DNA of 64,000 nt, taken from positions 47,702-111,701 of the forward strand of contig JAQBGG010000004.1 of assembly GCA_032122625.1 (NCBI GenBank). The letters run 5' to 3'. The notes under the pieces are model-generated. The model saw nothing but the letters and a program-made list of their open reading frames with translations. It was not told the origin of the DNA and searched no databases. Source of the DNA: Acidobacteriota bacterium (GTDB lineage: Bacteria > Actinomycetota > Thermoleophilia > Solirubrobacterales > 70-9). Shown piece after piece: positions 11,907-21,413 of this stretch (position 1 is its first letter; each line of letters starts with the position of its first letter). The position numbers were made by a program, and so were the translations under genes.

Positions 11907-12341
11907 GTGCTAGAGCTAGAGAAAGACATCACAGAGAAGATCACAGCGGTCGATCCGCGGATCGAGTTGATCGCGGTCGAGAAGGCGGGCCCCGAGGCTC
12001 TGCGGATCTATGTCGATCACCCCGACGGCGTCGATCTCGGAGTCTGTGAGCGGGTCAATAGCGCGCTTTCCGACCTCAGCGACGACTGGGCCATTGAGGT
12101 CTCCTCGCCCGGGCTCGATCGTCTCCTGACCAAACCTGACCATTACCGGCGCTTCCTCGGATCGCGGGTAAAGGTCCGCACCAGCGAGCCGATCGACGGC
12201 CGCAAGACGTTCAACGGCCGCCTGCAAGCCGCCGACGAGCGCGCCGTAAGCGTTGCCGACGAGCAGGGTCCGGTCGAGATTCCACTCGCGGTCGTGCATC
12301 GCTCCAATCTTGTTCCCGAGTTTTCGGAGGTAAGCCAGTGA
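11907..12341 (+). CDS. rimP: ribosome maturation factor RimP
   Basis: GTG at residue 29 of ORF 11823..12341, with an AAGGGG Shine-Dalgarno upstream. It contains IEVSSPGLDRLL and overlaps the nusA start by 4 nt. Confidence 0.8.
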   Translation: MLELEKDITEKITAVDPRIELIAVEKAGPEALRIYVDHPDGVDLGVCERVNSALSDLSDDWAIEVSSPGLDRLLTKPDHYRRFLGSRVKVRTSEPIDGRKTFNGRLQAADERAVSVADEQGPVEIPLAVVHRSNLVPEFSEVSQ

Positions 12342-13999
12342 GTCGTGAGATCGTCGATGCGATCAAGGTCCTCGAACAGGAGAAGGGCCTCGATTCCGAG
12401 ACCCTGATGGTTGCGCTCGAGGACGCGCTGCTATCCGCCTACAAGAAGACGCCCGGCGCAGCGAAGTACGCCCGGGTCGATCTCGATCGTGATACCGCCG
12501 ACTTCCGGGTCTTCGAGTTGATCCTCCCGGCTGAGCTCGAGGAGAAGTTGCTAGCCCAGGCGGTTGACGAGCAGGAGCCGAGGGTCAACCCCGAGACCGG
12601 CGAGTTCGAGGAGCCCGAGGACCCGGAGCTCGATCCCGAGATGCTGGCGCCCTACGAGGACCAGATCGACATCCGCGACGTCACCCCCGAGGACTTCGGC
12701 CGGATCGCCGCGCAGACGGCCAAGCAGGTCGTCCTGCAGCGGATCCGTGAGGCCGAGCGGATGATGATGTACGAGGAGTTTCAAGACCGCGTCGGTGAGC
12801 TGATCACCGGCATCATCCAGCAGTCGGACAACCGCTACACGCTGGTCCAGTTGAGGGACCGGGTCGAGGCCTTGCTGCCGCGCTCGGAGCAGGTCTACAG
12901 CGAGCGCTACGACCACGGCGCCCGGATCAAGGCCGTGATCACCGACGTCTCCGCCGAGGGCAAGGGACCGAGCGTGGTCGTCTCCCGCAAGAGCCCCGAG
13001 CTGATCAAGAAGCTGTTCGCACTCGAGGTGCCCGAGATCGCCGATGAGCTGGTCGAGGTCGTCGGCGTCGCCCGTGAGCCCGGCTTCCGTTCGAAGATCG
13101 CCGTCGTTTCCCACAGCGACGGCGTCGACCCGGTCGGCGCCTGCGTCGGCCCCCGCGGCTCGCGCGTCCGCATGGTCGTCTCCGAGTTGCGGGGCGAGAA
13201 GATCGACATCATCCCCTACAACGAGGAGCCCGCCCGATTCGTCGCCAAGGCGCTGAGCCCGGCCCGAGTCCGCGAGGTCTTGGTCGATGACGCCGAGCGG
13301 CAGGCAACCGTGATCGTTCCTGACGACCAGCTTTCGCTGGCAATCGGGCGCGAGGGCCAGAACGCCCGGCTCGCAGCAAAGCTGACCGGCTGGCGGGTCG
13401 ACATCGTCGGCGAGTCCGAGTTCGCCGAGAAGGGCGACGACAGCGACGTCGAGGAAGAAGGCCAGGAGGCCGCTGACGGCCGCTGCGCCGCAGTTCTTTC
13501 CGCCGGCCGCCGCTGCCCGAACGCTTCGCTGGACGGCTCGCGCTTCTGCGGCCTGCCACAGCATCAGGCGCTGGTTCGGTTCGAGACCAGCCAGGTCACC
13601 GTGCTCGCGTCGCTGGGCGACGGCGACGTCTCGACCTTGGCCGACCCCGAGGCCAATGACGAGGCGATCGCCGAGATCGTCGGGCGCGCCGAAGCGGCAT
13701 TTGCTGAGCACGAGGCGGCCGCCGCCGAAGAGGCCGCAGCCGAAGCCGAAGCGGCGAAAGACGCTGCGGACGCCGCAGCCGCTGAAGGCGAAGCTGAGGG
13801 TGCCGGGGCCGAGGAAGCCGAGGAGCCGGACGCGGAGGCTGTCGAGGAGCCGGACGCGGAGGCCGTCGAGGACGACCTCGACGACGCGGGAGCAGCCGAC
13901 GACGTGGCGGTCGAGGGCGATGATGTCGCCGAGGACGCGGCGGAGACGCCCGCGGCCAGCAACGCCGAAGAGCCCGCTGCAGAGCCGACGGAGGCCTAG
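12338..13999 (+). CDS. nusA: transcription termination/antitermination factor NusA with long C-terminal extension
   Basis: NTD, S1 domain and two KH domains are recognisable (KLFALEVPEIADELVEV, GACVGPRGSRVRMV, QLSLAIGREGQNARLAAKLTGWRVDI). About 190 extra residues follow KH2. Total 553 aa. Confidence 0.92.
   Translation: MSREIVDAIKVLEQEKGLDSETLMVALEDALLSAYKKTPGAAKYARVDLDRDTADFRVFELILPAELEEKLLAQAVDEQEPRVNPETGEFEEPEDPELDPEMLAPYEDQIDIRDVTPEDFGRIAAQTAKQVVLQRIREAERMMMYEEFQDRVGELITGIIQQSDNRYTLVQLRDRVEALLPRSEQVYSERYDHGARIKAVITDVSAEGKGPSVVVSRKSPELIKKLFALEVPEIADELVEVVGVAREPGFRSKIAVVSHSDGVDPVGACVGPRGSRVRMVVSELRGEKIDIIPYNEEPARFVAKALSPARVREVLVDDAERQATVIVPDDQLSLAIGREGQNARLAAKLTGWRVDIVGESEFAEKGDDSDVEEEGQEAADGRCAAVLSAGRRCPNASLDGSRFCGLPQHQALVRFETSQVTVLASLGDGDVSTLADPEANDEAIAEIVGRAEAAFAEHEAAAAEEAAAEAEAAKDAADAAAAEGEAEGAGAEEAEEPDAEAVEEPDAEAVEDDLDDAGAADDVAVEGDDVAEDAAETPAASNAEEPAAEPTEA
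13820..13867 (+). repeat. in-frame tandem duplication, 2 x 24 bp (EEPDAEAV x2) in the nusA tail
   Basis: GAGGAGCCGGACGCGGAGGCTGTC is followed by the same 24-mer with one T-to-C change. Confidence 0.9.
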
Positions 14000-14006
14000 C
14001 CGGTAG

Positions 14007-16289
14007 ATGGCGAAACAGCGAGTCCACCAGATTGCAAAAGCGCTCGGCCTGGAGAGCAAACAGGTCATCGCTGCGCTGAACGAGGCCGGAGTCGAGGTCA
14101 AGGCGGCCGCCTCCTCGGTCGATCAGCAGACCGCGCTGAAGGCGCTCGCCGCGGTCGGCGCGCTGCCGAAGAAGGCCGCGGCGGAGCCGGGCAAACCCGC
14201 CGCGAAGAAACCTGCTGCGCAGCCCAACAAGGCGGCCCAGCCGGCGGCCGACGAGACAAAGACGGGGGCGAAGCCAGGTGCTGCGAAGCCGGCCGCCGAG
14301 AAGGCCGCGAGCCAGGCGACGAAGGTCGCCGCGGCTCCTGCCGCCGCCGGAGCCGCCGCCGCCGGAGCCGCCGGCAAGAAGAGGCGCCGCGTGGTGATTG
14401 ATTCGCAGGCGGCCCGTCGTGACCAGATGGGTGGCCCACCACCGCAGCGGCCGCCCCGACGCCGCGGCCGACGCCGCCGCCCGGTCTTTGAGGAGCCGAC
14501 CAGCAAGCCGAGTGAGGATCCGCTCGAGCCCGAGATCCTGAAGCTCAACTCGGGCGCCACCGTCCGCGAGGTCGGGGAAACGTTCGGCGTCAGCCCGGCC
14601 GAGGTGATCAAGACCCTGATGCAACTCGGTGAGATGGCGACGCTGACGCAGACTCTCCCGGATGAGACGGTGGAGGTGTTGGCCGAAAAGCTCGACCGCA
14701 GGGTCGACATCGTCCACGCCGCCGAGGAGGAGGATTCCGATCCGGTCTTCGATGATGCCGAGGACGATCTCGTCGACCGTCCGCCCGTGGTCACGATCAT
14801 GGGCCATGTCGACCACGGCAAGACCTCACTCCTTGACGCGATCCGCTCGACCGAGGTCGCCGCCGGCGAGGCCGGGGGAATCACCCAGCACATCGGCGCC
14901 TACCAGGTCCATCACGAGGGCAAGACGATCAGCTTCCTCGACACCCCGGGCCACGAAGCGTTCACGGCGATGCGCGCCCGGGGAGCCAAGGTCACCGACG
15001 TCGCGATCATCGTCGTCGCCGCCGACGACGGCGTCATGCCACAGACGATCGAGGCGATCGACCACGCCAAGGCCGCCGAGGTCCCGGTGATGATCGCCGT
15101 CAACAAGATCGACAAGGAGGGCGCTCAGCCCGACAAGGTCCGGACCGAGTTGGCGAAGCTCGACCTGGCGCCTGAGGACTGGGGCGGTGACACCGTCTAC
15201 AGCAACGTTTCGGCGACGACCAAGGAGGGTCTGGACGACCTCCTGCATCTGATCCTCCTGGTCACCGAGCTCGAGGAGCTGAAGGCGAATCCAAACGCCG
15301 AGGCCTCGGGGACCGTGATCGAGTCCCATCTCGACCCCGGCCGCGGCCCGGTCGTCACCGTCCTGCTCCAGCGCGGAACGCTGAGGGTCGGCGATTCGAT
15401 GGTCGCGGGCTCGCAGTGGGGCCGCGTCAAGGCGATGCACGACTACAAGGGGAGCCGCGTCGAGACCGCCGGCCCCGGCGACCCGGTCGAGGTGCTCGGC
15501 TTCGACGGCGCCTGCGAGGCCGGCGAGCGCGCCCAGGTGGTCGAGAACGATCGTCGCGCCCGCCAACTGGCGCAGGAGCGCGCCAACCGGCTCAAGACCG
15601 AAGCTCTGGCCCGCCGCCAGGCCCGCCGTGTGACGCTCGAGGAAGTCTTTGCCAAGGCCAAACAGGGCGAGATCAAGCAGCTCAACCTACTTGTCAAGGC
15701 CGACGTCTCCGGCTCGCTCGAGGCGCTCCAGGACGAGATCGCGAAGCTGCCGCAGGACGAGGTCGGCGTCGACGTGATCCGGGCTGCCGCGGGTGGGATC
15801 AACGAATCCGACGTGATGCTGGCCGCCGCCTCCGACGCGATCATCATCGGCTTCAACGTGCGGCCCCTCGCCGACGCCCGGCGCGCGGCGCAGGCGGAGG
15901 GCGTCGAGATCCGCACCTATTCGGTGATCTACAAGATCACGGAGGAGCTGCGGGCGGCGATGGAGGGCATGCTCGAGCCCGAGGAGGTCGAGGAGTCCGT
16001 CGGCGAGGCCGAGGTGCTGGAGCTGTTCAAGGCCTCGAAGATCGGCACGATCGCCGGCTCCCGGGTCAACGAAGGCCGGATCGCGCGCGACGCGGCCGTT
16101 CGCCTGGTCCGCGACGGCACGGTCGTCTGGACCGGCAAGGTCAAGTCCCTGCGGCGCTTCAAGGACGATGTCAAGGAAGTCGAGAACGGTCAGGAGTGTG
16201 GCGTCACCCTGGACGGCTTCTCCGACGTCAAGGTGGGCGATTTCCTCGAGGTCTTCAAGACCAAGAAGGTCGAAAAGACCCTCGCCTGA
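14007..16289 (+). CDS. infB: translation initiation factor IF-2
   Basis: 760 aa. There is an Ala/Pro/Lys-rich N-terminal region. The GTPase core carries [24 protein letters not shown] and NKID. Confidence 0.96.
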   Translation: MAKQRVHQIAKALGLESKQVIAALNEAGVEVKAAASSVDQQTALKALAAVGALPKKAAAEPGKPAAKKPAAQPNKAAQPAADETKTGAKPGAAKPAAEKAASQATKVAAAPAAAGAAAAGAAGKKRRRVVIDSQAARRDQMGGPPPQRPPRRRGRRRRPVFEEPTSKPSEDPLEPEILKLNSGATVREVGETFGVSPAEVIKTLMQLGEMATLTQTLPDETVEVLAEKLDRRVDIVHAAEEEDSDPVFDDAEDDLVDRPPVVTIMGHVDHGKTSLLDAIRSTEVAAGEAGGITQHIGAYQVHHEGKTISFLDTPGHEAFTAMRARGAKVTDVAIIVVAADDGVMPQTIEAIDHAKAAEVPVMIAVNKIDKEGAQPDKVRTELAKLDLAPEDWGGDTVYSNVSATTKEGLDDLLHLILLVTELEELKANPNAEASGTVIESHLDPGRGPVVTVLLQRGTLRVGDSMVAGSQWGRVKAMHDYKGSRVETAGPGDPVEVLGFDGACEAGERAQVVENDRRARQLAQERANRLKTEALARRQARRVTLEEVFAKAKQGEIKQLNLLVKADVSGSLEALQDEIAKLPQDEVGVDVIRAAAGGINESDVMLAAASDAIIIGFNVRPLADARRAAQAEGVEIRTYSVIYKITEELRAAMEGMLEPEEVEESVGEAEVLELFKASKIGTIAGSRVNEGRIARDAAVRLVRDGTVVWTGKVKSLRRFKDDVKEVENGQECGVTLDGFSDVKVGDFLEVFKTKKVEKTLA

Positions 16290-16332
16290 CGACCGCGCGG
16301 TACCAGATGGTCACTCATCGACGGTCCCGGTG

Positions 16333-16845
16333 ATGGCTCAGATCACGCTTCACCAGGGTGACATCACCCTCGACGTTGCGGCTGATGCAATCGTCAACGC
16401 GGCGAACGAGAGCCTGCTCGGCGGCGGCGGCGTCGATGGCGCGATTCACCGGGCGGCCGGCCCTGAGCTGCTCGAGGAATGCGTCGGCCTCGGCGGTTGT
16501 CGGACGGGCGACGCGAAGATCACCGGGGCCGGCGCTCTGCCGGCTGATTTCGTGATCCACGCGGTCGGCCCGGTATGGCATGGGGGAGGGCAGGGTGAGC
16601 CCGAGTTTCTCGCGGCCTGTCATCGACGTTCGATCGCGCTTGCCGCCGAGCACGGCTGCGAGCGCGTCGCCTTCCCGGCGATCTCAACCGGCCTCTATCG
16701 CTACCCGCTGGATCAAGCAGCCGAGGTGGCTTTGCGGACGACCGCCGATGCGCTCGCCGACCAGGAGGTGGTCGAGGAGGCCCGGTTCTGGCTCTTCAGT
16801 CCCGCATCCCACGCGGCCTTCGAGCGGGCCCTGCAGCGGCTCTGA
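16333..16845 (+). CDS. macrodomain protein (O-acetyl-ADP-ribose deacetylase / YmdB-like)
   Basis: ATG at residue 56 of ORF 16168..16845. Motifs are [35 protein letters not shown] and [12 protein letters not shown]. 170 aa. Confidence 0.8.
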   Translation: MAQITLHQGDITLDVAADAIVNAANESLLGGGGVDGAIHRAAGPELLEECVGLGGCRTGDAKITGAGALPADFVIHAVGPVWHGGGQGEPEFLAACHRRSIALAAEHGCERVAFPAISTGLYRYPLDQAAEVALRTTADALADQEVVEEARFWLFSPASHAAFERALQRL

Positions 16846-16871
16846 GGGGCGAATGTCTAGACTGCCCCGCC

Positions 16872-17237
16872 ATGGCAACCTCGCGGATGCGGCGCGTCAA
16901 CGAGGTCATGAGGGAGGTCCTGGGCACCGCGATCAGCTCCGAGCTGCAGGACCCTCGCATCGGGTTCGTGACCGTTACATCAGTAGACACCAGCCCAGAC
17001 CTGAGGCACGCCCGTGTCTACGTCAGTGTGCTCGGATCCGAGCATGAGCAAGAGCAGACCCTCGCGGCGCTGCGCTCGGCCCACGGCCCGCTGCAGTCGG
17101 CGATCAACTCCCAGCTGCGGCTGAAGCGGACGCCGGCGCTCAACTTCACCTACGACGACAGCATCGAGCGCGCCGACCGGATCACGCGGATGCTCGACAG
17201 CGACGATGGGCCCGAAGAGCCCGAGCAGCCAGAGTGA
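16872..17237 (+). CDS. rbfA: ribosome-binding factor A
   Basis: RRVNEVMREVLGTAISSELQDPRIGFVTVTSVDTSPDLRHARVYVS. 121 aa. It sits in the canonical position after infB. Confidence 0.9.
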   Translation: MATSRMRRVNEVMREVLGTAISSELQDPRIGFVTVTSVDTSPDLRHARVYVSVLGSEHEQEQTLAALRSAHGPLQSAINSQLRLKRTPALNFTYDDSIERADRITRMLDSDDGPEEPEQPE

Positions 17238-18241
17238 GCGAGGTGGCGAGCCGGACCGAGGAAATCGAGGCCGCTGTGGCCGCAGTGGTCGCGCGCTTGG
17301 GCGGCGATGAGCGCTTCCTCTTGACCACCCACGAGGGCCCCGACGGCGATGCGCTCGGCTCCCTGCTGGCGCTGCACGGGATCCTCACTCAACTCGGCCG
17401 CGACTCGGTCATGTTCCTCGCGGAGAAGGAGTTCCCGCTGCCGGTCGAGTACCGGTTCATGCCCCTTCAGGAGGTCTTCCACGAGCCCCCGGCCGACCTC
17501 GCCGACCGCACGGTTGTCTTCCTCGACTGCGGCAACATCGACCGGATGCCCGTCGATTGGCTGCAGGAGGGCGGCGACATCCTCAACATCGACCACCATC
17601 ACGACAACACCCGGTTCGGCTCGATCAACCTGGTCGACGACACCGCGGCCTGTACGGCCGAGATCGTTTTCGAGCTCGCCGGCCTGCTCGGCGCGCAGCT
17701 AACCCCTGAGATCGCAGCCGCGCTCTACGTCGGGCTGATCACCGACACCGGAATGTTCATGTACGAGAACACCGATGCCCGCAGTCACCGCGTTGCCGCG
17801 GCACTGATCGAGGCCGGGGTCGATGTCAACGAGATCTTCCGCCGGCTCTACGAGCGCATGCCGGAGGCGAAGCTGCGGTTGCTGGCCCGCTCGCTTGATC
17901 GGGTCGAGCGGCACCTCGACGGGGCGCTCTCGCTGACCTATGTCTCGATCGAGGACTACGAGGCGACCGGCGCTGACGAGGTGCTGACCGAGGGGATCAT
18001 CGACTTCATCCGGGCGCTCGACGGCACCGCTGTCGCCGCTGTGGTCCGCGACAAGCCGAACGCCGGCGGTGAGGCCCGCAAGGTGAGCCTGCGCTCGACC
18101 GACGGACACGTCGATGTCTCCGAGATCGCCCGCAAGATGGGCGGCGGCGGCCACCGGAGGGCGGCGGGCTTCTCCACCGACCTCAGCTACCACGAGGTCG
18201 TCAAGTTCCTCCAGGCGGAGATCGTCGCGCAGCTTGGCTGA
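17234..18241 (+). CDS. nrnA: DHH/DHHA1 phosphoesterase (NrnA/CnpB-like nanoRNase / pAp phosphatase)
   Basis: Motifs are HEGPDGDALGS, LNIDHHHDN, GLITDTGMF and GGGGHRRAAG. The 4-nt overlap with rbfA matches the actinobacterial rbfA-DHH arrangement. Confidence 0.8.
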   Translation: MSEVASRTEEIEAAVAAVVARLGGDERFLLTTHEGPDGDALGSLLALHGILTQLGRDSVMFLAEKEFPLPVEYRFMPLQEVFHEPPADLADRTVVFLDCGNIDRMPVDWLQEGGDILNIDHHHDNTRFGSINLVDDTAACTAEIVFELAGLLGAQLTPEIAAALYVGLITDTGMFMYENTDARSHRVAAALIEAGVDVNEIFRRLYERMPEAKLRLLARSLDRVERHLDGALSLTYVSIEDYEATGADEVLTEGIIDFIRALDGTAVAAVVRDKPNAGGEARKVSLRSTDGHVDVSEIARKMGGGGHRRAAGFSTDLSYHEVVKFLQAEIVAQLG

Positions 18242-19049
18242 GCCCGGGTCGGTCTCCGAGGCGGGCTTCCTGCTGGTCGACAAGCCGGCCGGACGCACAT
18301 CCCACCAGATCGTCGCCGCGGCCCGACGCGAGCATGGCCTCCGCGCCGGGCACGCCGGCACGCTCGATCCCTTCGCAACTGGGCTGCTGATCGTTCTGCT
18401 GGGCCGGGCCACGCGGCTGCAGCGTTACGTCCTCGGGCTGCCGAAGACCTACCTCGCCACGGCTCGGCTGGGCTGGCGCTCGACCACGGGCGACCCCGAG
18501 GGCGAGTTGACCGAGACCGGCAAGGTGCCCGAGCGACTCCAGCTTCCGACCGGGCGGATCACTCAGCGGGTGCCGCTCACATCGGCTGTCCGCGTCGATG
18601 GCGAGCGGCTCTACAAGAAGGCCCACCGCGGCGAGGAGGACGTCGAGCGGCCCAGGCGCGAGGTCGAGGTCTACCGGGCCGACCTGCTCGAGACCGAGCC
18701 CGAGCGTGGCTTGGCGAGGTTCGAGATCGAGTGCTCGGCCGGGACCTATATCCGCACCCTCGTCGAGGAGCTGGGCGACGCCTATTGCGCGGAGCTACGA
18801 CGGACCGCCGTCGGCCACCTGCGGCTCGAGGACGCGAGCCAGCGCGTGCTTCCGGTCGAGCCGCTGGTCGCGCCGATGCCGGAGCGCAAGCTCAGTGCGG
18901 AGGAGGCGACGAAGGTGATCCACGGCGTCAAGCTCGCCGTTGGCGACGGCTCCCGGGAGGGTCCGATCCGACTTACCGTCGACGGCCGCCTGCTGGCGAT
19001 CGCGCGTGCGCGCGACGGGCTGCTCAAGACCGAGGTGGTGCTCGCGTGA
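18234..19049 (+). CDS. truB: tRNA pseudouridine-55 synthase
   Basis: GFLLVDKPAGRTSHQIV and HAGTLDPFATGLLIVLLG (catalytic Asp motif). The start is set at TTG 18234 (residue 41 of ORF 18114..19049), overlapping the nrnA end. ATG 18114 would overlap nrnA by 128 nt. Confidence 0.85.
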   Translation: MAEPGSVSEAGFLLVDKPAGRTSHQIVAAARREHGLRAGHAGTLDPFATGLLIVLLGRATRLQRYVLGLPKTYLATARLGWRSTTGDPEGELTETGKVPERLQLPTGRITQRVPLTSAVRVDGERLYKKAHRGEEDVERPRREVEVYRADLLETEPERGLARFEIECSAGTYIRTLVEELGDAYCAELRRTAVGHLRLEDASQRVLPVEPLVAPMPERKLSAEEATKVIHGVKLAVGDGSREGPIRLTVDGRLLAIARARDGLLKTEVVLA

Positions 19050-19074
19050 GAGAGTGGGGGAGAGGGATCCGACG

Positions 19075-19965
19075 ATGAGCGTCCGCGTTACAAGCCTGCC
19101 CGATGCCGAGCCACGCAGGCGCCGGATCGCGATCGGAACCTTCGACGGCGTCCACGTCGGCCATCGCGCGGTGATCGGTGACGCCGAGACGGTGCTCACC
19201 TTCGAGCCACACCCACTGCAGGTGATTCATCCGGAGGCGGCGCCGAAGCTGATCATGCCGTTTGGGGTCAAGCGCGACGTGATCGAGGGCCTCGGGGTCG
19301 AGGAGATCGTCGTGATCCCCTTCGACCGCGAGTTCGCCTCGATCGATCCGGTCGATTTCTGCGAGCGAATCCTGGTCGGAACCCTCGGCGCCGCTCACGT
19401 CTCCGTCGGCGAGAACTTCCGCTTCGGGGCCAGGGCGAAGGGCACCCCGGAGCTGCTCGCCTCCCGCGAGGAGTTCGAGACCCGCGTGGTCCCGCTGGTC
19501 GAGGTGGACGGCGAGACTGTCTCCTCGACCCGGATCCGGGCCCTCGTTTCCGCCGGCGAGGTCGACGATGCCGCCAGGTGCCTGGGCTCACCCTTCATGG
19601 TCGAGGGCACCGTTACGAGCGGTGATCGGCGCGGCCGCACACTCGGCTTCCCGACGGCCAACCTGGTTCCCGACGATGCCGTCGTCTGCCCCGGCCACGG
19701 CGTCTACGCCGCTTTCGCCAACGGGCGCCCGGCGGCGGTCAACGTCGGCGTTCGCCCAACCTTCGAGACCGGCCGCGGCGTGCTGATCGAGACCCACATC
19801 ATCGACCACGACGAGGACCTCTACGACAAGCCTCTGCGGGTCGCCTTCGCGAAGCGGCTCCGGGGTGAGAAGCGGTTCGCTGGAACCGAGGATCTGATCG
19901 CGCAGATGAACCGTGACGTCGAGGAGGCGCGGGAGGTCTGTGCTAGCTTCTCGCGCTCGCGCTGA
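19075..19965 (+). CDS. ribF: bifunctional riboflavin kinase / FMN adenylyltransferase
   Basis: ATG at residue 46 of ORF 18940..19965, with a GGGGGAGAGGG Shine-Dalgarno upstream. Motifs are IAIGTFDGVHVGHRAVI, GENFRFG, GRTLGFPTANL and the kinase C-terminus. Confidence 0.9.
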   Translation: MSVRVTSLPDAEPRRRRIAIGTFDGVHVGHRAVIGDAETVLTFEPHPLQVIHPEAAPKLIMPFGVKRDVIEGLGVEEIVVIPFDREFASIDPVDFCERILVGTLGAAHVSVGENFRFGARAKGTPELLASREEFETRVVPLVEVDGETVSSTRIRALVSAGEVDDAARCLGSPFMVEGTVTSGDRRGRTLGFPTANLVPDDAVVCPGHGVYAAFANGRPAAVNVGVRPTFETGRGVLIETHIIDHDEDLYDKPLRVAFAKRLRGEKRFAGTEDLIAQMNRDVEEAREVCASFSRSR

Positions 19966-20004
19966 CGGCGAGTCGGCAGCGACCCCCTATCCTTTCCCGC
20001 AGAG

Positions 20005-20274
20005 ATGACGATCACCAAAGAGCAAAAGGCAGAGCTGGCCGGGAAGTACGGCCGCGGCGACAACGACACCGGCTCCACCGAGGTCCAGGTCGCGATCCTC
20101 ACCGAGCGCATCAACGAGCTCACCGAGCACCTGCGCGAGCACAAGAAGGATCACCACAGCCGACGCGGCCTCTTGATGCTGGTCGGCCGTCGCCGTCGCC
20201 TGCTCCGCTATCTGGAGAGCAAGGACCTGGAGCGCTACCGCGGGCTCGTCGGTGACCTCGGCCTGCGCCGGTGA
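20005..20274 (+). CDS. rpsO: 30S ribosomal protein S15
   Basis: 89 aa with [36 protein letters not shown]. Confidence 0.96.
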   Translation: MTITKEQKAELAGKYGRGDNDTGSTEVQVAILTERINELTEHLREHKKDHHSRRGLLMLVGRRRRLLRYLESKDLERYRGLVGDLGLRR

Positions 20275-20729
20275 TCGAAGCCGGCACCAGGGCTCCTGAC
20301 TTCACGCTCGAGGATCAGGATCAGAACGAGGTCTCGCTCTCCGACTTCGCCGGCACCAAGCTCGTGATCGCTTTCTACCCCGCCGACTTCAGCTCGGTCT
20401 GCACCGCTCAGCTCTCGATCTACCAGGAGGTCATTGAGGAGATCGAAGAGCGGGGCGCAAAGCTGATCGGCATCAGCGTCGATTCCGTCTTCTCCCATAA
20501 GGCCCTCCAGGAGGAACTCGGGCTGTCGATCCCGTTGCTGTCTGATTTTCACCCCAAGGGCGAGGTCGCCCGCGCCTACGGCGCTCTGATCGAGAAGCGC
20601 GGCCATGCGAACCGTTCGCTCGTCCTGGTCGACGAGGATGGGACCGTCGCCTTCTCGATGGCAGCGCCGACGCCGCTTGAGATCCCGGGCGCAAACGTCA
20701 TCTTCGACGCGCTCGAAGAGACCTCCTAA
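20271..20729 (+). CDS. AhpE-like (AhpC/TSA family) peroxiredoxin
   Basis: The start overlaps the rpsO stop by 4 nt. [37 protein letters not shown] places the peroxidatic Cys in PxxxS/TxxC context. [11 protein letters not shown] is also present. 152 aa. Confidence 0.8.
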   Translation: MIEAGTRAPDFTLEDQDQNEVSLSDFAGTKLVIAFYPADFSSVCTAQLSIYQEVIEEIEERGAKLIGISVDSVFSHKALQEELGLSIPLLSDFHPKGEVARAYGALIEKRGHANRSLVLVDEDGTVAFSMAAPTPLEIPGANVIFDALEETS

Positions 20730-20745
20730 CTCCCCGGTTGAGCCG

Positions 20746-21255
20746 ATGGCCACGGATCTCGGCAGCGCCGCGGTCCCACCGCCCGCGGATGACGATCATC
20801 GTCGTGGCTCCGGGCCGCCGGTGGTCCTCTATCTCGACCTGGCCTGCCCGCACTGCGCCGCGGATTGGCTCGCGGTCCGCGAGCTACCTTTGAGCCTCTG
20901 TGTCCGGCACTTCCCGATCGCCAGCAAGCGGCCCCGAGCGCCGGCGCTGCATGCGGCCGTCGAGGCGGCCGCCGGCATGGGCGGGGAGCCCGTGTTCTGG
21001 TCGTTCTGGGATTCACTGATGGAGGACCAGGGCCACCACGATGATCCTCATCTGTGGCAGCGGGCCGCGCGGTTCGGCCTCGATATCAGCCGTTTCGATG
21101 CGGAGCGGCGCGGGGAGGTTGTCGCCGAGCGGGTGCAGCGCGACTTCCGCAGCGGCATTCGGGGCGGCGTCGTCGGCACCCCGGCGGGGTTCATCGGCTC
21201 AGAGCTGATCCGCGGTGATCTCGCCATGGCTCTAGCCGAACTGGCCTCGGCGTAG
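20746..21255 (+). CDS. DsbA-like thioredoxin-fold protein with CPHC motif, no obvious signal peptide
   Basis: ATG at residue 48 of ORF 20605..21255. VVLYLDLACPHCA is followed by GVVGTPAGFIG (cis-Pro loop region). 169 aa. Confidence 0.6.
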   Translation: MATDLGSAAVPPPADDDHRRGSGPPVVLYLDLACPHCAADWLAVRELPLSLCVRHFPIASKRPRAPALHAAVEAAAGMGGEPVFWSFWDSLMEDQGHHDDPHLWQRAARFGLDISRFDAERRGEVVAERVQRDFRSGIRGGVVGTPAGFIGSELIRGDLAMALAELASA

Positions 21256-21413
21256 GCCGAGTCGGTGGCCGCTCCGTTGTGATCGTCTGAGCGATCTGTA
21301 AGCTTCTGCAACTAAGCAGAGCAATCTGAGAGAAACAAAGGCGCCGTCATCGCTCGGGAAACCGTTTCCCGCAGCCGGACGCGACGGCCCTACGGAAGGA
21401 AAACGAAATACGT

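Noticed and set aside
12551-14101. 516-aa minus-strand ORF antisense to nusA/infB
   Set aside because: Same reasoning: it mirrors the nusA coding frame and has no recognisable domain. It is a GC-driven open frame.
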